Position numbers and translations under genes: made by a program
Notes under the pieces: model-generated
Databases searched by the model: none
What the model was told of the DNA's origin: nothing
What the model saw: only the letters and a program-made list of their open reading frames with translations
Assembly (NCBI GenBank): GCA_019058315.1
Contig: JAHPZH010000002.1
Location: 1-64,000 of the forward strand
Length of the DNA: 64,000 nt
Reading direction: 5' to 3'
Source: Candidatus Helarchaeota archaeon
Lineage (GTDB): Archaea > Asgardarchaeota > Lokiarchaeia > Helarchaeales > RDOG01
In this document: positions 1-9,932 of the stretch, one piece after another
Position numbering within the stretch: position 1 is the first letter of the stretch
Layout: each line of letters starts with the position of its first letter

Positions 1-447
<447 letters not shown>

Positions 448-642
448 GTATTATACTATTTTTTTAATTCTTTATCTTTTTTGAATCATTATTTCAAATA
501 GATCCTAGCATTCATCGATTTTATTTTGTTATATATATTAGAAAATGACAAAATGCGCAAATTAGGGAGGGGAGGAATCAAAAGATAAAAATATTAGAAT
601 TGCCATAAACATATTAGAATCATAAGGGATGTATAACAAGGA

Positions 643-804
643 TTGTTGAAAAATCTTGATAAATTAACAGATAAGGAGAAGATGAGAAGACTCATCATAA
701 TATCTAAGAGAAGTGAAGGAAAAGATTTTCTCCCACATATCATAAGTCGGAATTTTAAAGATATTCCAGTCGATTTTATCTCTGAAATGTTAAAATGGGA
801 TTGA
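643..804 (+). pseudogene. Remnant of a helical-repeat protein related to 1445..4189
   Basis: Translates ...LIIISKRSEGKDFLPHIISRNFKDIPVDFISEMLKWD*, like repeat LVKLSKNVKGSKILARALSKSFEKVPTYFRNELIR; in-frame TAA just upstream at 634. Confidence 0.45.
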
Positions 805-1055
805 ACTCAAACATATTCTATTTTTTTCCTAAAAAATACTTGAATATATTAAAAAAAGAAGTAAATCCATTCCTCAAATAAACACCAGAGTAATATAAAT
901 AATAAAATGAGTCACTTAAATGATTCTTCATCTGTTTTATTCTTGGTATTAATCGAATTTTCAATTAAAAATTCAGTTGAATTATAATCAACCATTATAA
1001 ACCAAAAGGTATACTTTTTCCATTGGAAAAAGTAAAAATGAGAATGATTTAAAAA

Positions 1056-1289
1056 TTATAGTCCTTTTATCGCTAGGTCAATATCATTACTCGTAATTTT
1101 TTTTCTTCTCGCATGCTTGGCGAGCTCGCGAGCTCTTAAAGTGATAGTTACTACCTCTTTTTGTAAATATGAAATTAAAAATTCAACTGCATCTTTAGCT
1201 ACGATTTTAGCCCCTTGATCATGCATGACTGAACGTGTAGGTGATTTTGGAATATATATTCTACTAGAACTATATCTTTTTTTTGGCAT
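1056..1289 (-). CDS. Archaeal histone (HMf-like) with short basic N-terminal extension
   Basis: IPKSPTRSVM-GAKIVAKDAV-LAKHARRKKITSNDIDLA histone-fold signature. Confidence 0.92.
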   Translation of the reverse strand: MPKKRYSSSRIYIPKSPTRSVMHDQGAKIVAKDAVEFLISYLQKEVVTITLRARELAKHARRKKITSNDIDLAIKGL

Positions 1290-1444
1290 AATTCATCCCA
1301 TAAATTTTTCTATTAATCTGATCAATAACGTAAAATTCTACGTTTTTACCTTTTTTACTTTTTTTACCGACTTAGTTTAAAAAATATTATTTTCTAATAA
1401 TAATCAGATGTAAAAGGAGATTAATTCTAAATAGGGTAATCTAA

Positions 1445-4189
1445 TTGTCAGATATTTCCAAAGATTGGTTCAATGAATTTTTAGAAGATCCTGAATTCAC
1501 AGAAAACCTCTCTAAACTCGGTGAATTTGAGTATTATGATGACGAATTAGAAAAACCAATAATTTTTAAATACTGGACGGATACTAGGTGGAAAATTGCT
1601 GAAGTAAAGGGACTTAGATATATCCTATCTCCCGCATTTTGGGATGATGGTGAATTGGAGGCGAGATTTGCATTATTTTGTGAACCAGAATTCAATTTAA
1701 AAGTGTACGTAAAAAAAGAATTTTTGGAAGGGATTATTGGAAGAATAGGTTGTTATAAAGTTGCAGTAGATTATTCAAAAAAATTAGAACTTATAAGAAT
1801 GGAAGCAATAAAATTATCTCCAAAAGACGAATTATTAGCCACGATCCAGAATCTAGACCATTTTTTCACTGAAACTAAACCCGTTTTCATGAGTTTCGAT
1901 TATAACATCGCACATCAAGCACTAACTATGATCATTGCTAAGGGACTGGGGACCAGCGAGCTGTTGGAACAGCGTTGTAAAGAAATAAAAGAGATTTTAA
2001 ATGAATTAATTAGGGATTCTGAATTTACTAGGACTATTAATCCACAAATCTATATCCAAGTCAAGGCATTATTGGATTTTAGCCCCGATCTTTGGTTACC
2101 TGACTTTATTAAAAAATTCAATCTTTCATTTTATCTGCAAAAAATGTATGAAATCGAAGATGATGAAGTAAAAGAAAAATTAGTAAGGATTAGAAGAGAA
2201 TTTGATTTTTTGCAAGACGAGAATGAACTTAAAAAAGTGTTAGCAGTAATAGATGACTTTCATAACCCCAAAGATTGGGGAAGAAAATACTTAGTAAAAC
2301 TTTCTAAAAATGTTAAAGGTTCGAAAATTCTTGCACGAGCCCTTTCAAAATCCTTTGAAAAAGTTCCCACCTATTTCAGAAATGAATTAATCCGAAATAT
2401 TTACGGAAACAGAATGACGGTTCAACACTTGCCCGCAGTTCTTATCAAAAATTTTAATTTTTTATCACAGTATGAGCAGGACCTACTTTATTCAATTTTA
2501 AAAGAACCTACCACTAAAAAACATCTAAGAAGAAGTGGGGATACAGCAATTGCGATAGCAAAAAATTATTATGAGCTTCCCATGGGAATTAGAAACATAT
2601 TATTTGAAATTTATAGGGATAATCAAAGTCTTGAAAAAATTGACAGGGAAATATCAAGAAACTACAAAGAACTTCCCAAAGAGGATACTATGGTATACGT
2701 ACAAGACGATCCAACCAAAAACTTAGCTTATGTGATAGACCGAAATTTTAAACCCCCTTTTACTGACTCTCAAGAATTATATTTACAAGATCCCAAACAT
2801 TATGAGACCATTAAAAATGCGGAAAAAATATTAGATAGTTTTGATCTCTTACCTAAAGCTATTAAAAATGAAATTCTAATTAACTTGTCGAAACAAGATC
2901 ATATGGGGATATTTGTAGGGTATTTATTTGGAAATGGTTTTCACAATCTTCCAAAAGACTACAGATACCCATTATTGAAACAATTATCCGAAAATAAAGT
3001 GAATAGATGGCATGTGGCATGGATTATTTTATATTATTACTTTCATTTGTCAGATAAAATAAAAAAAATGCTTCCAAACTTACTCAATGATGATGAAGTA
3101 ATACTCAGAGCGGCAGATGCTGCTATAAATAACTTCTTTAAATTACCTTCAGAAATAAAAAATATTATTATTAAAAAAATCTTAAGACATGAGAAGTTGA
3201 TGGAAGAAAAATTAATTTACCGATTTGATTTATGGTATAAATGGCCAAACAAGTCAAATCGAGACCATATACTTCCTTTGCTCGTAGCCCTTTCTAAGTA
3301 TGAAAAGGGAAAAAAGTATGTAGGTAGATGTTTTGAAGTTAATTTTACAGCATTTTCTGAGGAAGTGCGACAAAAGATTTTAGACACATTTTATGACAAA
3401 GAAATAATTAATGTCCATGTGGCATATATCATCTTTCGCAATTTTAACAGCTTCTCTCCACATATTGAGAAATTAATCTATGAATTATTAAAAGATGACG
3501 GAGTCATCATAAATGGAGCAGGGGGTATTGTAAATTATTATGATAAACTAAACCTTAATCTAAAACTATATTTAATGAGCAGGCTATCCCATGACAAGAC
3601 ACTTTTTCATAGGTTTTTCAGTCGGATAACTCATTATTATCAATATAATATTGCTAAGTTATATGAGGTATTAGGATTCTTTTTAGATAACAAGGATTTA
3701 ATGGAGGATACGGGAATGTATATTTTAAAGCGTTTCCACGAATATCCTCCAGCTATATCTGGTAATTTATTGAAAAAAATGTTAGAAAAAGATAACCTTT
3801 TGGAAAACATCATCATTAACTTATTCAACTATTACGAAAACCTCCCCATGGTAGTTTGGGAATTTTTATTTATTTTATTGGAATCGGACGTGAATTTATT
3901 TAAATCAACTCTAAAATCAGTAGATATTTATACTGATCCCCCCATAAAGAGGAAAAAATACGAAAATATTGTTAATAAAAAGCTGGGGAAGTATGCTTCA
4001 AATAGATATGAAAGACATAGAGAGCTATTAGACGAAATTATTAATAATATCACAACTATTGAACGACATGGATTCCCATTATATAATTTTCTCTATAATT
4101 TTCCAGAAGATATCAAAAGTAAAATGTTAGGAATACTTTCCAAAAATAAAAAATTTGAGAAATTATTGGGAATGTTGTTAAGAGAGTAG
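1445..4189 (+). CDS. Large alpha-solenoid (HEAT/ARM-like) repeat protein with unknown N-terminal domain
   Basis: 914-aa ORF; more than a dozen ~33-35-aa repeats of the form I..NF..LP..I...LL..L. Confidence 0.75.
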   Translation: MSDISKDWFNEFLEDPEFTENLSKLGEFEYYDDELEKPIIFKYWTDTRWKIAEVKGLRYILSPAFWDDGELEARFALFCEPEFNLKVYVKKEFLEGIIGRIGCYKVAVDYSKKLELIRMEAIKLSPKDELLATIQNLDHFFTETKPVFMSFDYNIAHQALTMIIAKGLGTSELLEQRCKEIKEILNELIRDSEFTRTINPQIYIQVKALLDFSPDLWLPDFIKKFNLSFYLQKMYEIEDDEVKEKLVRIRREFDFLQDENELKKVLAVIDDFHNPKDWGRKYLVKLSKNVKGSKILARALSKSFEKVPTYFRNELIRNIYGNRMTVQHLPAVLIKNFNFLSQYEQDLLYSILKEPTTKKHLRRSGDTAIAIAKNYYELPMGIRNILFEIYRDNQSLEKIDREISRNYKELPKEDTMVYVQDDPTKNLAYVIDRNFKPPFTDSQELYLQDPKHYETIKNAEKILDSFDLLPKAIKNEILINLSKQDHMGIFVGYLFGNGFHNLPKDYRYPLLKQLSENKVNRWHVAWIILYYYFHLSDKIKKMLPNLLNDDEVILRAADAAINNFFKLPSEIKNIIIKKILRHEKLMEEKLIYRFDLWYKWPNKSNRDHILPLLVALSKYEKGKKYVGRCFEVNFTAFSEEVRQKILDTFYDKEIINVHVAYIIFRNFNSFSPHIEKLIYELLKDDGVIINGAGGIVNYYDKLNLNLKLYLMSRLSHDKTLFHRFFSRITHYYQYNIAKLYEVLGFFLDNKDLMEDTGMYILKRFHEYPPAISGNLLKKMLEKDNLLENIIINLFNYYENLPMVVWEFLFILLESDVNLFKSTLKSVDIYTDPPIKRKKYENIVNKKLGKYASNRYERHRELLDEIINNITTIERHGFPLYNFLYNFPEDIKSKMLGILSKNKKFEKLLGMLLRE

Positions 4190-4302
4190 AAATTTTAGAA
4201 AAAATTTTTAAAAATACAGCAAATGATAAAGTGACTATAATCTAATACATTCAGGTATTTAGGAACTTGACTAATTTATCGAACTAATACCCAAGAATTA
4301 AT

Positions 4303-5028
4303 TCACAATATTCTGAAAATTAATTCTACAATAAAAGAAAATACTAATAATGAATAGTATTCTGAGTTATACCATTTTGAATAATCTAATCTCCCATAAA
4401 TTGGCAAATTTTTATGTTTGGGACCTGTCTTGTCACTTTTTATAATAATATCTCTATAATCCTTATAAATTGGGAAATTTTCATTTGAATTAATCGGCTT
4501 TTTCTCAAAATACAACCGCATTTTTTCATCAAATGAAATTAATCCAATCGGTAAATGTTGTATTAACTTTTTAATACCATCAGTTAATCCAATCTTTTGT
4601 ATTACTAAATAAGATTCATCAAGATATTGGAGGTATAATAGAGCTTGACCAATTCCGTTGTAAAAATTTTTATCAACTGCTCTACTATCATCCATATGTT
4701 TTTTTTGCAACACTTTCACTTTCTTACTCGTTCCATTGGTATCAATGATGGATGGGGAACCTTCTAATCTTTTGATCTCATATCCAATTAATTTAATGCT
4801 TCCATCTGATCTGGGTTGGAATTCTAATACATCAATGTCAGGGTAAAAACTTCTTTTTGCCTTTCTTGGAAGGTTAAAACTTTTTACAAGTTCAAATATT
4901 ACTGAGTTTTTATTAAGAGAAAGTATTTTTCCGATAAACCTTTGACGAATCTCATCTTCACTGTCAAATATTTTTAAATCTTTAAGCGTTCTTTTTTTCA
5001 ATTCATCGCGATCCATAATTATTGGCAT
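4303..5028 (-). CDS. PD-(D/E)xK restriction-endonuclease-like nuclease
   Basis: SEDEIR...PDIDVL...GYEIK...GIGQALLY motif order typical of the fold. Confidence 0.75.
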   Translation of the reverse strand: MPIIMDRDELKKRTLKDLKIFDSEDEIRQRFIGKILSLNKNSVIFELVKSFNLPRKAKRSFYPDIDVLEFQPRSDGSIKLIGYEIKRLEGSPSIIDTNGTSKKVKVLQKKHMDDSRAVDKNFYNGIGQALLYLQYLDESYLVIQKIGLTDGIKKLIQHLPIGLISFDEKMRLYFEKKPINSNENFPIYKDYRDIIIKSDKTGPKHKNLPIYGRLDYSKWYNSEYYSLLVFSFIVELIFRIL

Positions 5029-5073
5029 AAATCTTCCCTGTATATTAATTAATTCTTCAAAAAAGTTTTATGT

Positions 5074-5169
5074 AGGTAGCCGTAGGGGAACCTGCGGTTG
5101 GATCACCTCCTAAGAAAGCTGGGATGACTCCAGCTGGGGATCTTCTATTCTGGAGATGTTGATTTGAGC
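5074..5169 (+). repeat. Direct repeat copy 2: displaced, diverged 16S 3' end and trailer (attR-like)
   Basis: AGGTAGCCGTAGGGGAACCTGCGGTTGGATCACCTCCTAAGAAAGCTGGGATGACTCCAGCTG... in an otherwise AT-rich intergenic region. Confidence 0.95.
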
Positions 5170-5300
5170 AAGTATTCTCTTTTTATATAATTCCCATTTT
5201 TAATCAAGAATAATTATATCAATTAAAATTAATTATACTAATTAATTAATTCATTTTTTAATATCAATAAGCTATTGTAGGTTTATAGTACTATTTTCAC

Positions 5301-6773
5301 TTAGAAATTATAACTCGATTGAACCTTAACTATCTCATGAAGCAATTTTTTTAATAAATTATCACGTAATATTCTATCCTCATTTCTATTCCATAGATTA
5401 TTAATTTCATCTTTATCTTCAACAAGATTAAACAAATCACCTATAGTTTCATTATCACGATAAATGGTTAATCTATGTGTTTCAGTTATTAGAGTCCTTA
5501 ATGAAGTAGAAAGCCCCTTTCCTGAATGCTCAAAATCATCATCCTCAATTAGACAACAATCTCTTATTTTACTTGATGGTTTTTCGAGAATTGGAGTTAT
5601 GTCAAATCCTTGCCCATTTTTTAAAGGATCCACACCAACTAAACTGAGAATTGTTTGGGGTATATCAATAGAATTAACAATAGACTCTGAAACAGAAGTT
5701 TTCGTTAGACCTGGTACTTTCCATAATAATGGGACATTCAGAACTCCATGAAAGTGAGCTGGACCTTTTAATACCAAACCATGGTCTCCCATTAAATCAC
5801 CATGATCGCTTGTAAAAATAATAATCGTGTTTTCACTTAGTCCTAACCGTTCCAAAGAATTTAAAATTTGCCCAACCCCATCATCAATCATTTTTATTGA
5901 CCCGTATGTTAAAGCAATAAATTTTTTTGTTTTCTCTTCGTCGATCTTCTTATAAAACATACCGGTGCGCGAGGGATTATCCATATGTTTCCATAAATAC
6001 TCATGTTTTGTCGTTCCATCTTCATCATAAAAGTTAGAAGGAAGTTCTATATCTTCGGTTTTGTACATCTTTTCATATTTTCCAGGAGGACATACTGGAT
6101 GATGAGGATCTGGATATGAACAAAATAGAAAAAATGGCTTATTCCCATATACACCTTGAGCATATCGTTCCAAAAAACCAACCGATTGCTCAGTAATATA
6201 AGTAGTTGAATACAATTCCTCTGGAATTGGTGTTTTATAATAGAGTTCTTTCATCAAAGTTGGTTGATTTTTAATTATTTTTATGTATTCTGGTGCTCTT
6301 TCCCTAAGCCAATCCCAATAATGACCAGTTACCACATCTCCATGCCCTATTGCTATTTCTACATCTTCAAATCCGTAATAGGGAATTGGAAAATCGATTT
6401 TTCTTTTAAAAAACCATTTAGTCAGTCTTTCAGCGGATTTCTCCTTACCAGGATAAAGTTTACCAAAAAATTGGAAATGTAACTTACCTATTGCTTTTGT
6501 ATAGTATCCATTTTCCTTTAAAATCTGAGTGAAGGTCGGAATTTTTAGATTTAAGTTCAACCCATTGCAAGGAACCCCATGAATTGATGGATATTGACTG
6601 GTGAAGATTGATGCTCGATTTGGCATACACATAGGATTAGCACAATAGTATCTATTAAAACGAACTCCATTTTCTGCTATTCCATCAATATTTGGCGTTT
6701 TAAGGATAGGATTTCCCATGCAGCCTAAATGGTCTGCGCGTAGTTGATCCGTCATTATGAATAAGATATTCAT
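5301..6773 (-). CDS. Arylsulfatase/choline-sulfatase family hydrolase
   Basis: NILFIMTDQ, CMPNR (CxPxR), PHHP, SDHGD; start placed at ATG 6773 (track start 6860; ATT 6785 is an alternative). Confidence 0.93.
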   Translation of the reverse strand: MNILFIMTDQLRADHLGCMGNPILKTPNIDGIAENGVRFNRYYCANPMCMPNRASIFTSQYPSIHGVPCNGLNLNLKIPTFTQILKENGYYTKAIGKLHFQFFGKLYPGKEKSAERLTKWFFKRKIDFPIPYYGFEDVEIAIGHGDVVTGHYWDWLRERAPEYIKIIKNQPTLMKELYYKTPIPEELYSTTYITEQSVGFLERYAQGVYGNKPFFLFCSYPDPHHPVCPPGKYEKMYKTEDIELPSNFYDEDGTTKHEYLWKHMDNPSRTGMFYKKIDEEKTKKFIALTYGSIKMIDDGVGQILNSLERLGLSENTIIIFTSDHGDLMGDHGLVLKGPAHFHGVLNVPLLWKVPGLTKTSVSESIVNSIDIPQTILSLVGVDPLKNGQGFDITPILEKPSSKIRDCCLIEDDDFEHSGKGLSTSLRTLITETHRLTIYRDNETIGDLFNLVEDKDEINNLWNRNEDRILRDNLLKKLLHEIVKVQSSYNF

Positions 6774-6919
6774 TTTTTCAGTAATAATATCACCAAAATT
6801 CCTTATTTTAATACGAAACTCAATACCATAATACAATTTATTAATAAATAATTTATGCAAAAAAGAAAAAATGGAGTTAGATTTCCTATTTTTGAAATCC
6901 TATAGGCTTTGATGAAGAA

Positions 6920-8392
6920 TTATTTCCATTGTTTACTCTGAAAGTATTCCCATAATTCAAGAGCAGACTCAGCTGCAAGTTCTGTTCCGATCCCCCATCC
7001 ACCAGCATCTGCTGAACAATAGAATAAACCTTTTATTGGAGAAATTTGAGATGGTCTTTTTTCAAAGGCTTGATCTTTTGATTGTGATATCCCTATACCC
7101 ACACCTTCCTTACCAAATCTAGCAGATAATATATTAGTTGAGAAAAAATCGCTGATAATAATATGATCTTCTAGGTCTGGCCAAAGTGATATTAATGAAT
7201 TTAAACAACACTTTCGCCATTTTTCATCCGATTTTTTATCCCAATTCATGATTTTCCCAAAAGAAGTTGGAGTAGTAGTGTGAATATTTTGGCAACCTTT
7301 GGGTGCTAAAGAAGGATCATGGTTTGATACTGGAATAATTAATAGGGTACTCGTTTCGGGTACTTCTATCTCGCTTAAATCGATCTCACTCATCCCTTCT
7401 GCAATCCAAGCTAATGCTTGTTCCATACCATCCTCTTGATTAATTGGAGGAACATAAGTAATGTGTTTTTGATCAGTTATAACCTTATCAATTCCTAATT
7501 TTAGAGTGCAGACTTGTAACCCCCATTTTAAATCTTTTATATATTTTACATATTCTTTAGAAAAGAATTTTTCACCCACCAAATTAAGAACTGTTGTTTT
7601 TATATCCGAATTACTAATTATTATATCTGCTTCATAAAATTTTTTATCTGGACCGGCTTCCACACCTTTTACTTCATTATCCTTAATAATGATTTTTCTC
7701 ACATTCCCATCCTTTCCCATGATAATGTTTCCGTCATTCTCTGTAATACATTGACAATATGTCTCTGGAATTACTCCACAACCACCCATTGGATAACCTC
7801 CACCTACTGGAGACCCATGATTCATGATAAGTGCATTTATTTTTATACTTTTCAAATATTCTCCGGCAGAAATTTCAGTAGGTAAATTTCCAAAACATAT
7901 TCCTGCTTGTAGAGAATGAATTAATGTTTGTATCACATGACTTGAACCTAGTTTTTCATTAAAGAATTCTTGAAGACTAAAATAATTCCATTTTTCTATC
8001 TCTTCATCGCTCATTTTCACAATTTCATCAATTAATCTGATCCTCTTGCTAATTCTTTTGGTTTTTGTCTTCTTTTTTTCCCGAATTTCCATTCCCATAA
8101 AATTTTGTGAAGGTTCTGGATTTCGGGTATAGCTCCATTTTACTGAATCTTTTTTTCCAATTTTTTCTAATATAGTTCCTAATGGACCCTTATCACAAGT
8201 TGCCATTGTGTGACAGCCCACATCAAATAACCATTTTCTTCCTTGATCATCTTTTTTAATGTATGACCCACATCGTCCACCTAATATATTATTTTTTTCA
8301 AATAATGTTACTTCCGCCTTGTTATAATTAGCAATTAATGCACCAATACCTGAGCCACCAATTCCAGAGCCAATAATAATTATTTTTTTCAT
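6920..8392 (-). CDS. Phytoene desaturase-like FAD-dependent oxidoreductase
   Basis: IIIGSGIGG, EKNNILGGR, YPMGGCG, SPIKGLFYC. Confidence 0.85.
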   Translation of the reverse strand: MKKIIIIGSGIGGSGIGALIANYNKAEVTLFEKNNILGGRCGSYIKKDDQGRKWLFDVGCHTMATCDKGPLGTILEKIGKKDSVKWSYTRNPEPSQNFMGMEIREKKKTKTKRISKRIRLIDEIVKMSDEEIEKWNYFSLQEFFNEKLGSSHVIQTLIHSLQAGICFGNLPTEISAGEYLKSIKINALIMNHGSPVGGGYPMGGCGVIPETYCQCITENDGNIIMGKDGNVRKIIIKDNEVKGVEAGPDKKFYEADIIISNSDIKTTVLNLVGEKFFSKEYVKYIKDLKWGLQVCTLKLGIDKVITDQKHITYVPPINQEDGMEQALAWIAEGMSEIDLSEIEVPETSTLLIIPVSNHDPSLAPKGCQNIHTTTPTSFGKIMNWDKKSDEKWRKCCLNSLISLWPDLEDHIIISDFFSTNILSARFGKEGVGIGISQSKDQAFEKRPSQISPIKGLFYCSADAGGWGIGTELAAESALELWEYFQSKQWK

Positions 8393-8537
8393 TATAATAC
8401 CTCGACTTTCTTTTGCATTAAATTAAATTTATGAATTCAGAAATCATTTACAGAAATTATTTAAGATTGAAGTTTAATAAAAAATCTTTGTTCTGTATTA
8501 GTCCATAATTTTAGAATAATCCAAATTTATTATAATT

Positions 8538-8645
8538 TTAACCCCAATCACTTTTATAACCTGTTCCTCCTTTAGGCCAATTAAAATCGATAGCTTTCTC
8601 TGGACAAACGTACTAACATGCAGCACATTCCATGCATTTATCAAG
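8538..8645 (-). pseudogene. Duplicated 3' 36 codons of the ferredoxin gene 9656..9925 with a premature stop
   Basis: LDKCMECAAC*YVCPEKAIDFNWPKGGTGYKSDWG*; 100/108 nt identical to 9656-9763. Confidence 0.92.
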
Positions 8646-8671
8646 ATAACAAATAATAAGCTCAATTCTAA

Positions 8672-9466
8672 TTATGCGAGAAATTCCAGTAAAGACTTAA
8701 TGGTTTTTTCGGGTTCTTGTGAAAAAAGGGCGTGAGCACTGTTTTCGAATAGCATAAGTTTTGGATAAGGGATAAGTTGGACCAGTTGTAGACTCGCCTT
8801 ATATGAAATAAGAGAATCCAGCTTGCCATGCATTATTAAAACGGGTTTATTAATGTTTTTCAATCTTTTCCTGGAATCAAATTTGATAGTTGCTTCTAAT
8901 TGACGTTTAAATTCATCAAAAGTTGGTGTAATTTTGAAAGCCCTTTGTTTTACTCTTTCTATCTTATCCGGATTCGCCTTAATGAAGTCCTTTGAAAAGA
9001 TCGCGGAAATTAGCATCTCCCTAGTCTTCTCAGGAGTCTTCATTCTACCTTTATAAGCACCCTTGAATAGCCTAGCTAGAAGTCTCATAAACCATGTCAA
9101 ACCTGTGGCTGTTGAACAAAGCACGAGTTTTTCGACTCGTTCGGGGTAGCTGAGAGCCATTTCTTGAGCAATCATGCCGCCCATCGAAATCCCAAGAACA
9201 TGTGCGCGTTCAATTTCTAACTCATTCATTAAGTTGACCGTATCATCAGCGAACATCGTAATTGTGTATTTCATATCTGGCTTATCTGTTTGCCCAATGC
9301 CTCTATTGTCAAAAATAATGGTCTTATACTGCTCTGATAGCTCCTCAATCATTGGAGGCTCCCACCACTCAAGCGTAGCACCTAACCCCATGATCATCAC
9401 GAGCGGGAATCCATCACCACTGATCTTATATTCCATATTTATGTCTTTAACTTTAATTTTTGCCAT
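8672..9466 (-). CDS. Alpha/beta hydrolase
   Basis: FDNRGIGQT, GISMGG nucleophile elbow, HGKLD, SAH. Confidence 0.92.
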   Translation of the reverse strand: MAKIKVKDINMEYKISGDGFPLVMIMGLGATLEWWEPPMIEELSEQYKTIIFDNRGIGQTDKPDMKYTITMFADDTVNLMNELEIERAHVLGISMGGMIAQEMALSYPERVEKLVLCSTATGLTWFMRLLARLFKGAYKGRMKTPEKTREMLISAIFSKDFIKANPDKIERVKQRAFKITPTFDEFKRQLEATIKFDSRKRLKNINKPVLIMHGKLDSLISYKASLQLVQLIPYPKLMLFENSAHALFSQEPEKTIKSLLEFLA

Positions 9467-9655
9467 TCAAATCAAATCCTTCAATTTTTCCATTTACTTA
9501 AGTTTATTGATTGAATTGGATTTAAAAAATTTGTATAATGGTCAATAAATTTGTGTATAGTTACATACTAGATTTAAAAAAATATATCTGGAGTTGTCAA
9601 TACAAACTCTAATAACATGTCAAGATTGTAAATATTCCTCATTTTTATTAGTATT

Positions 9656-9925
9656 TTACCCCCAATCACTTTTATAGCCTGTTCCCCCTTTAGGCCAATT
9701 GAAATCGATAGCTTTCTCTGGACAAACGTACCAACACGCAGCACATTCCATGCATTCATTAAGACTTAAGATTTTTGCTTTTTTTTGTACAATTTCAAAA
9801 CAACCAGCTAGACATACTTTAACGCAATTTGCACAACCAACGCATTTTTCTACGTTAATTTTTATAAATTCGCCTGTCCCCTCTATCCATTCAACCCCTG
9901 GAAATTTTTTAGAAATTCGAACCAT
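9656..9925 (-). CDS. 2x[4Fe-4S] ferredoxin (FixX-like)
   Basis: CVGCANCVKVC and CMECAACWYVCP; directly downstream of a FixC-like gene. Confidence 0.92.
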   Translation of the reverse strand: MVRISKKFPGVEWIEGTGEFIKINVEKCVGCANCVKVCLAGCFEIVQKKAKILSLNECMECAACWYVCPEKAIDFNWPKGGTGYKSDWG

Positions 9926-9932
9926 ATATAAC

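Noticed and set aside
5074-5169. Second rRNA gene, or a collapsed-repeat artefact
   Set aside because: Only 38 nt of 16S are present and the copies differ at 6 positions, so it is neither a gene nor an exact assembly duplicate. Long-read confirmation is still desirable.
8538-8645. TAG read-through (pyrrolysine) in the ferredoxin copy
   Set aside because: The fragment lacks the 5' half and a start codon; TGG to TAG is simple decay.
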